Assembly (NCBI RefSeq): GCF_001462395.1 | Contig: NZ_LNTB01000002.1 | Span: 60,001 to 92,000, forward strand | DNA: 32,000 nt | Direction: 5' to 3' | Source: Pyrodictium occultum | GTDB lineage: Archaea; Thermoproteota; Thermoprotei_A; Sulfolobales; Pyrodictiaceae | In this document: positions 16,499-24,548 of the stretch, piece by piece | Position numbering within the stretch: the stretch's first letter is position 1 | How the letters are laid out: each line of letters begins with the position of its first letter | Position numbers and translations under genes: made by a program | The notes under the pieces: model-generated | Database searches by the model: none | Told to the model about the DNA's origin: nothing | What the model saw: only the letters and a program-made list of their open reading frames with translations

Positions 16499-17447
16499 GC
16501 CTCTTCAGCGTATCCGGGTCCCAGCCGGGGTGGAGCGCCAGGAGTCTTTCAACCTCGCTCTCGGGGCCGGCGCTCCTCCCCCTCCGGCGGGCCGCCCTGC
16601 AGAGCCTCCTGCCCGCCTGGTAGGCTGCCAGGCCCAGAGCCGCCGCCAGGGGGTAGCGGAGCGAGGTCTGGAGGGCCGCTGCCGCAGCGCCTGCCAGCAG
16701 CCTCCTCGCGGCCGTGTAGAGGCCTGGGCTCCACTTGTCCGCGACTATATAGGCCCTCCTCCCCCCGGCCAGGAGCCTCGCGAGCTCCAGGTTGTCCCCC
16801 AGCCCCAGCATGGAGTTTATGAAGACGCTTGAGTCCGCTACCAGGTAGAGCCTCCCCCGCCCCAGCCGCGCCTCGAGGACCGTGCAGAAGGGGCCGTGGG
16901 GCTCCCCGGGGTCGTGGCGGCCGTTCATGTTGGCGTCTATGTAGCTGAATGGCGTGGAGTAGCCTATACACCTCCCCTCCGCGGCCTCGATGAACGTGCC
17001 GTAGTTTAGGTAGACTCTCAGCTCTCTGCCCCCCACCGCGACCCTGGCGAGCGGCAGGTACTGGGAGCGGTGCATGAAGAGGGGGTCTGCCAGCAGCGAG
17101 CCGTTAAGCCTCACCCTCAGCCCCATGAGGGCCAGCAGCGTGTTCGCCGTGCCGAAGTCGTCGGCTACGACCAGCACCCCGCCCCTCTCCACGAAGGCTT
17201 TGAGTGCTCTAGCCTCCTGGGCTGTGAAGGGCCGGCTGGGGCCTATGACGAGGACCAGGCTGTTCCCGGGGAGGCTCCCCGCGTCCATGGCGGCGACGGG
17301 CCTGGCCCCCAGCAGGGCCGCCAGCCTGCTCATGCCGTTCCAGAAGGGGTTGTCTAGGGCGAAGTCGTCGGTCGAGGGCACCAGGGCTATGATCAGCAGT
17401 AGCAGCGCCAGCGAGAGGGCCAGCCCCGCCGCGGCAGCCCTCCTCAC
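16431..17447 (-). CDS. DUF4350-like membrane-anchored protein
   Basis: N-terminal TM, then NSLVLVIGPSRPFTAQEARALKAFVERGGVLVVADDFGTANTLL. This motif is typical of the DUF4350 (GldG-like) proteins that accompany MoxR/DUF58. Confidence 0.55.
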   Translation of the reverse strand: MRRAAAAGLALSLALLLLIIALVPSTDDFALDNPFWNGMSRLAALLGARPVAAMDAGSLPGNSLVLVIGPSRPFTAQEARALKAFVERGGVLVVADDFGTANTLLALMGLRVRLNGSLLADPLFMHRSQYLPLARVAVGGRELRVYLNYGTFIEAAEGRCIGYSTPFSYIDANMNGRHDPGEPHGPFCTVLEARLGRGRLYLVADSSVFINSMLGLGDNLELARLLAGGRRAYIVADKWSPGLYTAARRLLAGAAAAALQTSLRYPLAAALGLAAYQAGRRLCRAARRRGRSAGPESEVERLLALHPGWDPDTLKRLAEEMRHAAQRGREAGRGHRGA

Positions 17448-19273
17448 GGCTCTCCTCCCCCGGCTGTGAGGCTGTGGAGCGCTGCTAGGAGCCTCTCCAT
17501 GCGCCTGCGCAGCTGCTCGAGCAGCCCCCTGGGGCCGCCGGGGCCGTAGGCTATCCTCTCCAGCCCGAGGAAGACCTCCTCCACAGCCCTGTAGATGCTC
17601 TGGGGGAGCCTCCCCCGGATCCTCGCCAGGTACTCCCTGAGCGTGTAGCTGGGCCTAGGCTCCACCCCGGTGGCCTTCCTCAGGGCCTCCAGGAGCCGGT
17701 GGTAGAGGCCCCGTATCCCCCCGCCGCTCCCGGGGGGCTGCTGCGGCGCCGGCTCAGCCGCTCCAGCGGCCCCGCCCCTCCCCGCCCCTCTCCCGCGTCC
17801 ACGCCTCAGCAGGAGGCCCGCCGCGGCAGCCAGCGGTGAAGAGGCTGCTACGAGCGCGGGCGTGTTGTACACCCTGACCCTGATCTCCTCGTCCACGCTC
17901 CTGTAGCTGGGGCTGAGCGGCTCAACGCGGACGTGGATGCTGGCCACCGTGCCTAGGTAGCTGTGGGGCACTCTCAGCTCCAGATCCGCTCTCCTCCCCT
18001 GGAGGGCCAGGCTGAGCCCGGCCTCGGGGCTCGAGACGACTATCCTCGAAACGGTGTCTGTGAGCACCTCCAGCCTGCCGGGCAGCCCGGTGAGGAGCAG
18101 GCTTGGAGCCCTCACCTCTACGTGCGGGGTGAGCCTCCGGACCCGGAGGGCTAGCTGGACAGACGCCGGGCCTATGGCGCCCTGGGGGAGCGTCCTTACA
18201 GTCACCGTGTAGGCTCCCTCGGCCGCGTCCGGGGGGACCCTCACCTGGATCCTGGCCGGGCCCTCGACTGGGCCTAGCAGCTGCCTGCCGGTGAACGGCG
18301 TCTCGACCACCACTCTAAGCCCCCTCATGGTCTCTATCTCTAGCGTGGTGCTCTCCCCGGGGGCCAGGGTGTCCCTGGCAAGCCTCGCCTCGAGGGGAGG
18401 CTCCACGTAGTCCACGTGGACTGTTATGGTCGCCGACCTCGAGTACCTGTAGAGCCCCCTGTCGGGGCCCTGGGGCGTGTACTCGGCGTACACCGGCACG
18501 CTGTGCATGTAGATGTCCAGCCTCGTCTCCAGCGCGTAGCAGCCCCCGGGGCCCGTGACGGCCTCCAGGGTCTCAGGGCCTAGGTGGACTAGCACCCTCC
18601 TACCCGGCAGGGGCTCCCCTGCAGCCGTCTCGAGGCAGCCCGCCAGGTGGAGGATGCCGCCGGGGGCCAGGCTCGCCGGCTCGGCCGTCACGTTTACACG
18701 GGTGGGTGTCAGCTCCACCAGCCCCTGGGCCTCCCTCTCGAGGCTCCTAAGCTCCGCCTCCAGCCTCTCCAGGGCACCGCCTATACGCGCCAGGATCTCC
18801 TCCAACCCCCTGCCGGGTATGCCGTGCCTCTCCAGCTCCCTGGCCGCGTCCCTTAGCTCGTCGTAGGTCACCCTGGCCCCCGTGAGGCTCGTCCTCGCCT
18901 TGTCGAGCAGCTTGGCGGCCGTACCGGGGTCCGACACTGCTATGCTCCTCCTGGCCTCCGCCAGTAGGCTCCTCGTCTCGTTGACCTGAGCGGCGAGCCT
19001 GTCTAGCAGGCTGTTAAGCCTCTCAAGGGTGTAGCGGAGGCCCGCCGGGGCGTAGACCTGCTCCGCGAGGGACAGCCCCGCCCTGGCGGCCGAGAGGTTC
19101 ATTGACCCGATTGCCTCCGCGACCCTGGCGTAGAGGGCCAGGAGGGCTAGGGGGCTGGGCCCCTCCCCCCTCGCGGTGGAGGGGTCCACGTGCCTAGGGG
19201 GCCTGGCGGCCCAGGCTGCCGCCAGGGCGAGCAGGGCCAGGAGGGCTAGGGCTGGGAGTACGCGCCTCCTCAC
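17444..19273 (-). CDS. Large surface protein: signal/TM, coiled-coil, Ig-like beta repeats, TM, RG-rich linker, C-terminal DUF4129-like domain
   Basis: 609 aa. The C-terminus PSYTLREYLARIRGRLPQSIYRAVEEVFLGLERIAYGP resembles DUF4129. The middle part has repeated beta-strand-like segments (TITVHVDY, TTLEIET, YTVTVRT, RVRVEPL). Confidence 0.6.
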   Translation of the reverse strand: MRRRVLPALALLALLALAAAWAARPPRHVDPSTARGEGPSPLALLALYARVAEAIGSMNLSAARAGLSLAEQVYAPAGLRYTLERLNSLLDRLAAQVNETRSLLAEARRSIAVSDPGTAAKLLDKARTSLTGARVTYDELRDAARELERHGIPGRGLEEILARIGGALERLEAELRSLEREAQGLVELTPTRVNVTAEPASLAPGGILHLAGCLETAAGEPLPGRRVLVHLGPETLEAVTGPGGCYALETRLDIYMHSVPVYAEYTPQGPDRGLYRYSRSATITVHVDYVEPPLEARLARDTLAPGESTTLEIETMRGLRVVVETPFTGRQLLGPVEGPARIQVRVPPDAAEGAYTVTVRTLPQGAIGPASVQLALRVRRLTPHVEVRAPSLLLTGLPGRLEVLTDTVSRIVVSSPEAGLSLALQGRRADLELRVPHSYLGTVASIHVRVEPLSPSYRSVDEEIRVRVYNTPALVAASSPLAAAAGLLLRRGRGRGAGRGGAAGAAEPAPQQPPGSGGGIRGLYHRLLEALRKATGVEPRPSYTLREYLARIRGRLPQSIYRAVEEVFLGLERIAYGPGGPRGLLEQLRRRMERLLAALHSLTAGGGEP

Positions 19274-19515
19274 CGCCCGAGCACCTCGGCCACCCTGAAC
19301 CCCACGGCTATGGTGAAGGCTGCGAGGAGCGCGGCGTGGAGCCAGTCCCTACCCCTCCTCGCAGGCCTGAGCACAGCCTTGACCACGGTGTACTCCAGCG
19401 TGTACATCGCTATGTATGCGTCCAGCCTCTCCTCCCCCAGGGCCCAGAGCGTGGACACGGTTAGGGCCACCATGATGGCGAGCAGTGTGTTGGCTAGGCG
19501 GCTCCTATCCACCAT
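19270..19515 (-). CDS. Small two-TM membrane protein, unknown function
   Basis: 81 aa with two hydrophobic helices. 4-nt overlap with the downstream gene start and a 6-nt gap to the upstream gene. Confidence 0.5.
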   Translation of the reverse strand: MVDRSRLANTLLAIMVALTVSTLWALGEERLDAYIAMYTLEYTVVKAVLRPARRGRDWLHAALLAAFTIAVGFRVAEVLGR

Positions 19516-19521
19516 GAGGCT

Positions 19522-20232
19522 CTACCCCTCGGGCCTCCCGACGACTATCCTCCTGGCCCGGGGCCCGGCCCTCCGGTCGGCCTCCAGCAGGGCGCTCCCC
19601 CATAGCAGGGCTGCGGCGGAGGCGGCCACCACCCCGTATATGCTCCCCACGGTGTCCTCGAGGCTCGCCGGAGCCGCCACGCGCTCCCCGTGGACCTCGA
19701 CCACCAGCCTGTCCCCCTGGTCGACGCAGTCCAGCCAGTCGGCTAGGCCTAGGAGGTCTGTGAGCAGGTACCCCACCGCCGCGCACGGCTCCGTGAAGCC
19801 CTCCACCATGCTCCCCGAGACGGGCGAGCGGAGGACCAGGACCGGCCTCCCCCCGCAAACCGTTATCGGCGTGGCCGGGGGCCCGCCGGGGCCGGGGCAG
19901 CCGGCCGCCCCGACGTAGATGTAGACCGTGCCGCCGCTGCTCCGGTACAGGCTCGGCCCCCGGGCCCCGAGGGCCTCCAGGAGCCCGGCTATGTTCGAGA
20001 ACGCGTTCTCGAGGAGCAGGAGGGCCTCCCTCACCCCGGTGCAGGCCTCGGGGGTGAGGTACATGGATGCGCCCACCACCGCCAGGCCCAGCCAGAGGGC
20101 CGTGAGGGGCCCGGGGCCTATGAGCAGGTAGGTGGCCGCCGCGAGCACCGCCGCCGAGACTGCTACGGCTAGCCCAGCTGCCTGGTAGGCGGCCATCGCC
20201 GGGCCTCCCTGCCCCACCGGGGCCCGCGGCAC
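19522..20232 (-). CDS. Membrane protein with a Cys-containing soluble domain, unknown function (first gene of the long minus-strand string)
   Basis: 236 aa from the GTG at 20232. An ATG at 20196 (MAAYQAAGLAV..) is an equally plausible start. Two N-terminal TMs, then a domain with five Cys. Confidence 0.5.
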   Translation of the reverse strand: MPRAPVGQGGPAMAAYQAAGLAVAVSAAVLAAATYLLIGPGPLTALWLGLAVVGASMYLTPEACTGVREALLLLENAFSNIAGLLEALGARGPSLYRSSGGTVYIYVGAAGCPGPGGPPATPITVCGGRPVLVLRSPVSGSMVEGFTEPCAAVGYLLTDLLGLADWLDCVDQGDRLVVEVHGERVAAPASLEDTVGSIYGVVAASAAALLWGSALLEADRRAGPRARRIVVGRPEG

Positions 20233-20238
20233 CTAGCA

Positions 20239-20248
20239 TCTTAAACCC
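20239..20248. promoter_or_regulatory. Candidate shared TATA box (TCTTAAACCC) in the divergent spacer
   Basis: The only AT-rich element between the minus-strand string (start 20232/20196) and the GT2 gene (start 20340). Confidence 0.3.
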
Positions 20249-20339
20249 TCGCATACCGTAGGTGCTAGCCGCGCGGCCTGGAGGCTCCAGGCTCCCTCTC
20301 CCGGGGCCGCGGGGGCTTGCAGGGGTCTTGAGGGCCGGC

Positions 20340-21473
20340 ATGAGGGGCCTGACGGTACTGATACCCGTCCTCGACGAGGCCGAGGCTATAGGCAGGGTTA
20401 TAGACGAGGTCGTCTCGGCGGGCGTCCCCAGGGAGAACATCCTGGTCGTGGACGGGGGCAGCAGGGACGGGACGGTCGAGATAGCCAGGGCCCGCGGGGT
20501 GAGGGTGGTGAGGCAGGAGGGCCGCGGGAAGGCTATGGCTGTCAAGACGGGGCTGCGCCACGTCTCAACCCCCTACGTCCTCGTCATGGACGGGGACTAC
20601 ACGTACCCCGCGGAGTATATACCCGTCCTCTACCGGGTCCTGGTCGAGGGCGGCTACGACCTAGTGATAGGCGCCCGCGTGCCCGAGCGGGGCGCGCAGA
20701 GCCTCGTCTACCGGGTGGGGAACGCGCTGCTCACAAGGCTCTTCAACCTCCTCTTCGGCACCAGGCTTAGCGACGTGCTGAGCGGCATGTACGCGGCCCG
20801 GACCAGGAGGCTCCGGGAGCTGGGCTTCGAGATGCAGGGGTTCAGCATAGAGTCCGAGATAGCCGCCCACGTGGCCTCCACCACGGGGAGGATAGCGGAG
20901 GTCCCCATCAGGTACAGGAGGAGGCTTGGGAGGAAGAAGCTCCGGGTCCTCCACGGCCTGTCCATAGCCAGGGACATGGTCCGGCTCGCGTGGAGGTACA
21001 ACCCCGCCTTCCTCATATTCCTGCTAGGCGGCCTCCTCCTCGCCCCGGGGCTCGGGCTGGGGGGCTGGGTCGCCTACATGTACCTGGCCCACGGGGTCAA
21101 GCACTACGTGAAGGGGCTGGCAGCGGTGGTGCTCTCCTCCACGGGCCTCGCCAGCCTCCTCCTCGCAGTGATGGCCCTCTACCTTAAGAGGGCCGAGATG
21201 AGGCTCCAGAGGAGGCTGGAGGAGCTCGCCGAGAGGCTCAACCGCCTACTGGAAGAGCGCGTCGATGAGGGGGGAGAGGGGCCTGGCGAGCCTCCCAGCC
21301 CTCTCCCCGAGCAGCCCCCGGGCCAGGTCGCGGAGGTCGCGGCGCTCCAGGACCCCCAGCCGGCCGTAGGCGGGGTAGCTGAGCGCGAGGAGGGCGGCGC
21401 CCGCGAGCCAGTGGAGCCCCAGGATCCTGGCCAGGGCAGCCAGCGCCGCGGGCACGGCGGCAGCCCCGCCTAG
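20340..21473 (+). CDS. GT2 glycosyltransferase, dolichyl-phosphate hexose synthase (Dpm1/AglD-like) with C-terminal TM helices
   Basis: MRGLTVLIPVLDEAEAIGRVIDEV..ILVVDGGSRDGTVEIA..VLVMDGDYTYP (D-x-D), then two TMs. Start placed at the ATG at 20340, not the GTG at 20262. The last ~75 codons are low-complexity and antisense to the flippase gene. Confidence 0.8.
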   Translation: MRGLTVLIPVLDEAEAIGRVIDEVVSAGVPRENILVVDGGSRDGTVEIARARGVRVVRQEGRGKAMAVKTGLRHVSTPYVLVMDGDYTYPAEYIPVLYRVLVEGGYDLVIGARVPERGAQSLVYRVGNALLTRLFNLLFGTRLSDVLSGMYAARTRRLRELGFEMQGFSIESEIAAHVASTTGRIAEVPIRYRRRLGRKKLRVLHGLSIARDMVRLAWRYNPAFLIFLLGGLLLAPGLGLGGWVAYMYLAHGVKHYVKGLAAVVLSSTGLASLLLAVMALYLKRAEMRLQRRLEELAERLNRLLEERVDEGGEGPGEPPSPLPEQPPGQVAEVAALQDPQPAVGGVAEREEGGAREPVEPQDPGQGSQRRGHGGSPA

Positions 21474-22745
21474 CAGCCTCCAGTCGAGCCGCAGGCCCAG
21501 GCCCCCGGCCACGGCCGCGCTGTAGGCCAGCCCGGCGTAGGAGCCCAGGGCGTACGCCACGGCCGCCCCGAGGCCGTGGAGCCTGGGGACGAGGACGAGG
21601 TAGAGGAGCAGCCTGGGCAGGCTGGCGGCGAGGCCCTGGGCGAGCACCAGGCGGTACCTCCCATGGGCGTAGGCCAGGCTCGACACGGTCGCGTTGACCG
21701 CGTCCGGCAGGAAGCCCGTGAGGAGGACGGCCAGCTCAGCCGAGGCGGAGGCGTAGCCCCTGCCCAGGAGGCCCAGGACCAGCCCGGGGTAGGCGGCGGC
21801 GTAGAACGCCACGGGGGCGGTGACGGCCAGGCTCACCCTCAGGGCCCTCCAGGCGGCCCCACCCCTCCCCCCGGCCATGCCGCTGAGCACCGGGAGGAGG
21901 AGGCTCAGCACGCTCATACCGAGCCCCGTAGCGAGGCCCGCGGCGGCGAAGGCCACGTAGTAGTAGCCCGTCTCCACGGCCCCGCTGCTCCCGTAGACGA
22001 GTAGCACGCCCAGCCACTGGCCGGCGAGGACCACGACGCCCGGGGCCCAGGAGGCCAGGCCGGCGGCCAGGACCCCCGCCACCGCGGCCGCGTCCAGGCC
22101 GATCCAGGCCCCGTAGCGCCTAGCCAGGTAGGGGAGCCCCACCAGGAGCACCGCGGCGGGGAGGAGGGCGTAGCCCGCCACGACCCCGGGGAGCCCGGCC
22201 CCGAGGGCCACGAGCCCCGCGCCCAGGGCCAGCTTGGAGAGGTTGCCCAGCAGCCTGGAGGCGAGGACCAGGTCGCTGCGGAGGAGGGCGAGCAGGGCAG
22301 CCTCCACCACCCCGGCCACGCCCAGCGCCGCCAGGGCGCCGGAGAGGAGGAGCATCCGGGGCCCGAGGCCCCCCAGCCCCCGGCCCGCGAGCCCCAGGAG
22401 GGCCAGGGCGGAGCCGGCGGCCAGGTAGACCAGGGCCATAGCGTAGAGCGTCGACCAGAAGACCCTCCGGAGGCAGGCCTCGTCCCCAGCCCCCAGGCAC
22501 CTGCCCAGCCGGTGCTGGAGCCCGGCGCCCGCACCGAGCCCCGCAGCCCCCGAGACGAGGCCGGCGAGCCCAACCACGGCCGAGGCCCTGCCCAGGAGCC
22601 CGGGGCCGGCGAGCCTCGAGACCACGAGCCAGTAGAGGAAGCCGCCGAGAGCGTTAACCAGCCTAGAGGCGTAGAGCCAAAGCCCCCCGCGCACAAGCCT
22701 GGAGAGGCTCAAGCCCGCCCAGAACCCCGCAGGAGAGAAGGGCAC
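21246..22745 (-). CDS. Polysaccharide/oligosaccharide flippase (Wzx-like, MOP superfamily)
   Basis: 499 aa with a GTG start and roughly 12-14 hydrophobic segments, G/A/L-rich. Call rests on architecture and glycosylation context. An AT-rich box lies 19-26 nt upstream of the start, consistent with a leaderless transcript. Confidence 0.7.
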   Translation of the reverse strand: MPFSPAGFWAGLSLSRLVRGGLWLYASRLVNALGGFLYWLVVSRLAGPGLLGRASAVVGLAGLVSGAAGLGAGAGLQHRLGRCLGAGDEACLRRVFWSTLYAMALVYLAAGSALALLGLAGRGLGGLGPRMLLLSGALAALGVAGVVEAALLALLRSDLVLASRLLGNLSKLALGAGLVALGAGLPGVVAGYALLPAAVLLVGLPYLARRYGAWIGLDAAAVAGVLAAGLASWAPGVVVLAGQWLGVLLVYGSSGAVETGYYYVAFAAAGLATGLGMSVLSLLLPVLSGMAGGRGGAAWRALRVSLAVTAPVAFYAAAYPGLVLGLLGRGYASASAELAVLLTGFLPDAVNATVSSLAYAHGRYRLVLAQGLAASLPRLLLYLVLVPRLHGLGAAVAYALGSYAGLAYSAAVAGGLGLRLDWRLLGGAAAVPAALAALARILGLHWLAGAALLALSYPAYGRLGVLERRDLRDLARGLLGERAGRLARPLSPLIDALFQ

Positions 22746-22763
22746 CAGGCCCCGGGAGGGAGG

Positions 22764-22773
22764 CTTTTAACCC
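22764..22773. promoter_or_regulatory. Candidate TATA box (CTTTTAACCC) in the divergent spacer
   Basis: The only AT-rich element between the flippase start (22745) and the 22817 gene. Confidence 0.35.
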
Positions 22774-22816
22774 CCGCCGCCCCACGCCGCCCGCACAGGC
22801 CGGAGGGGCCCCGGGA

Positions 22817-23248
22817 GTGCCGCTACTCGCGGAGCTGGCGAGCCGCCTAGACCAGGGCCCCGGTAGCCGGGCCCTCGAGAAGGCGAGGGAAGCGGTAGCC
22901 AGGATACTCCTCCCAGAGAGGATCACGGGGCCCCTCATCCAGAAGTACATCCGGAAAGCAATACTCAACCACACCTGGCACGCCCTACCCCCCGAGACCA
23001 GGGCGCTCATGCTCCTCGCCCGCCGCCTCCCGAGAATAAAATCCCCCACCCTAGCATCCATCCTGAAGCAGGCCTTCCTGAGAATAGAGCTCGCAACCAC
23101 CCGGGGCCAAGCCCTCCTCTACGGAGCACTCATAGCCATGAAGAAGGCGGCCCAGGACCTCCACAGGCTACTCCACAACGCCAGCAAGCTACTCATACTA
23201 GGACTATCCTACCTCAACAACCCGCCGATATACAGGATATACGGCTAG
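22817..23248 (+). CDS. Hypothetical helical protein, no family recognised
   Basis: 143-aa ORF with a GTG start and plausible, non-low-complexity composition (..ITGPLIQKYIRKAILNHTWHALPPETRALMLLARRLP..). Confidence 0.45.
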   Translation: MPLLAELASRLDQGPGSRALEKAREAVARILLPERITGPLIQKYIRKAILNHTWHALPPETRALMLLARRLPRIKSPTLASILKQAFLRIELATTRGQALLYGALIAMKKAAQDLHRLLHNASKLLILGLSYLNNPPIYRIYG

Positions 23249-23300
23249 AGCCCCCCGGGAGCCGTGAAGGCCCACAGCCCAGAGACGGCAGGCACCGGGG

Positions 23301-23431
23301 CAGCGGACACAGCCCTGCTAGAAGCCGCCGAGCCCCACACAGACGAGCATAACACGGCAGCACGGACTACGACATGCAGGAAACAGTGCCAGACACGCCA
23401 GCAGTGGACACAGCCCTGCTAGAAGCCGCCG
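23301..23431 (+). repeat. 30-bp direct repeat (29/30 identical) with 101-bp offset, bracketing the GT2 start codon
   Basis: cag[c/t]ggacacagccctgctagaagccgccg at 23301-23330 and 23402-23431. The core 26 bp is perfect. Confidence 0.9.
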
Positions 23432-24528
23432 GGGCAGCCCTCGCAGCCATACACTTCGGGGTGCCCCTAGCCTACTACTTGTACCTCAGGAGGGCCTGGC
23501 TCCGCAGGCCCTGGGGGCTGAGGAGGGACCCCGGGTACACGCCCAGGGTGGTAGTGGTAGTGCCGACCTACAACGAGGCAGACCTCATAGAGCGTAAGCT
23601 CGACGACATCTACAGGCAGGACTACCCCCGCGAAAAGCTCGAAGTAGTGGTAGTGGACTCAGCCAGCACCGACGGCACCCCGGAGAAGGCTAGAAGGTGG
23701 GCCTCCAAGCACCCAGACCTAAAGGTCAGGCTCGTAGAGGAGCCCGCCAGGAGAGGCAAGGCGCACGCGCTAAACACAGCGCTAAAACACATCCCGCCAG
23801 ACGCCGAGGTCGTAATCCTAACCGACGCAGACTCGTTCTGGCCCCAGAGAGACACGGTAAGGAGGGCCGTAGCCTACCTGGCAGACCCCACCGTGGGCGC
23901 CGTCTCCTGCCTCAAGAAGCCGGCGGGCCAGGGCCCCGGGGGCGTCGAGGAGGCCTACAGGAGCCTCTACAACCAGGTAAGGCTCGCAGAGAGCAAAGCC
24001 CACTCAACACCAATATTCCACGGGGAGCTAGCAGCCTACAGGAAGAGCCTCCTAGAAGAGATAGGAGGATTCCCGGAAGACCTCGGCGCAGACGACAGCC
24101 ACACAGCAACCCTAATAGCGCTCAAAGGCCGCAGGGCGATAACACCCGAAGACGTATGGTGCACAGAGCTAGTGCCGAGAAAAGGCTACACCAGGTGGAG
24201 GATCCGCAGAGCGCAACACCTAACCCAACACTTCCAGAAAATCCTGAAAACAAGCCACAAAACACCAAGCCAGCTCAAGAGGATACTAGCAGTAGAGGCA
24301 TACCTACACCTAGCCAACCCATGGCTACTACCAGCCGCCGCCGCACTACTAGCACTAGCCGCCGCCCACAAAAGCCCCTCAGCCATCATACTACTAGCCC
24401 TAGCCGCCGCGCTACTAGCGTACAAGCCGTACAGGACGTGGATAACAACACAACTATACCTCACAGCAGCAATGATAAGAAACCTACACACAAAGGAGAT
24501 AACATGGGAAAAGCAGACCAAACAGTAA
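23374..24528 (+). CDS. GT2 family glycosyltransferase with C-terminal TM helices
   Basis: VVVVPTYNEADLIERKLDDIYRQDYP..VVVVDSASTDGT..VILTDADSFW (D-x-D), followed by an RW-containing segment (GYTRWRIRRAQH) and hydrophobic C-terminal helices. Confidence 0.85.
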   Translation: MQETVPDTPAVDTALLEAAGAALAAIHFGVPLAYYLYLRRAWLRRPWGLRRDPGYTPRVVVVVPTYNEADLIERKLDDIYRQDYPREKLEVVVVDSASTDGTPEKARRWASKHPDLKVRLVEEPARRGKAHALNTALKHIPPDAEVVILTDADSFWPQRDTVRRAVAYLADPTVGAVSCLKKPAGQGPGGVEEAYRSLYNQVRLAESKAHSTPIFHGELAAYRKSLLEEIGGFPEDLGADDSHTATLIALKGRRAITPEDVWCTELVPRKGYTRWRIRRAQHLTQHFQKILKTSHKTPSQLKRILAVEAYLHLANPWLLPAAAALLALAAAHKSPSAIILLALAAALLAYKPYRTWITTQLYLTAAMIRNLHTKEITWEKQTKQ

Positions 24529-24548
24529 AAGGGCGGGTTCCAGAACCC

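Noticed and set aside
19310-20545. ORFs 19310-19918(+) and 19505-20545(-, 346 aa)
   Set aside because: Alternative-frame or antisense ORFs over the 19522-20232 membrane-protein gene and the divergent spacer. Their composition is low-complexity R/G/P/S/T.
21914-22696. 260-aa W/P/G/S-rich minus ORF and other internal ORFs within the flippase gene
   Set aside because: An alternative frame of a clearly polytopic membrane protein gene, with implausible composition (very high Trp, Pro and Gly).
23697-24548. N-terminal 284 codons of the 640-aa track ORF 23697-25619
   Set aside because: This is an alternative frame of the GT2 gene (R/P-rich junk). The GT4 homology and the composition change start at MKILYITPRYYP (24549).
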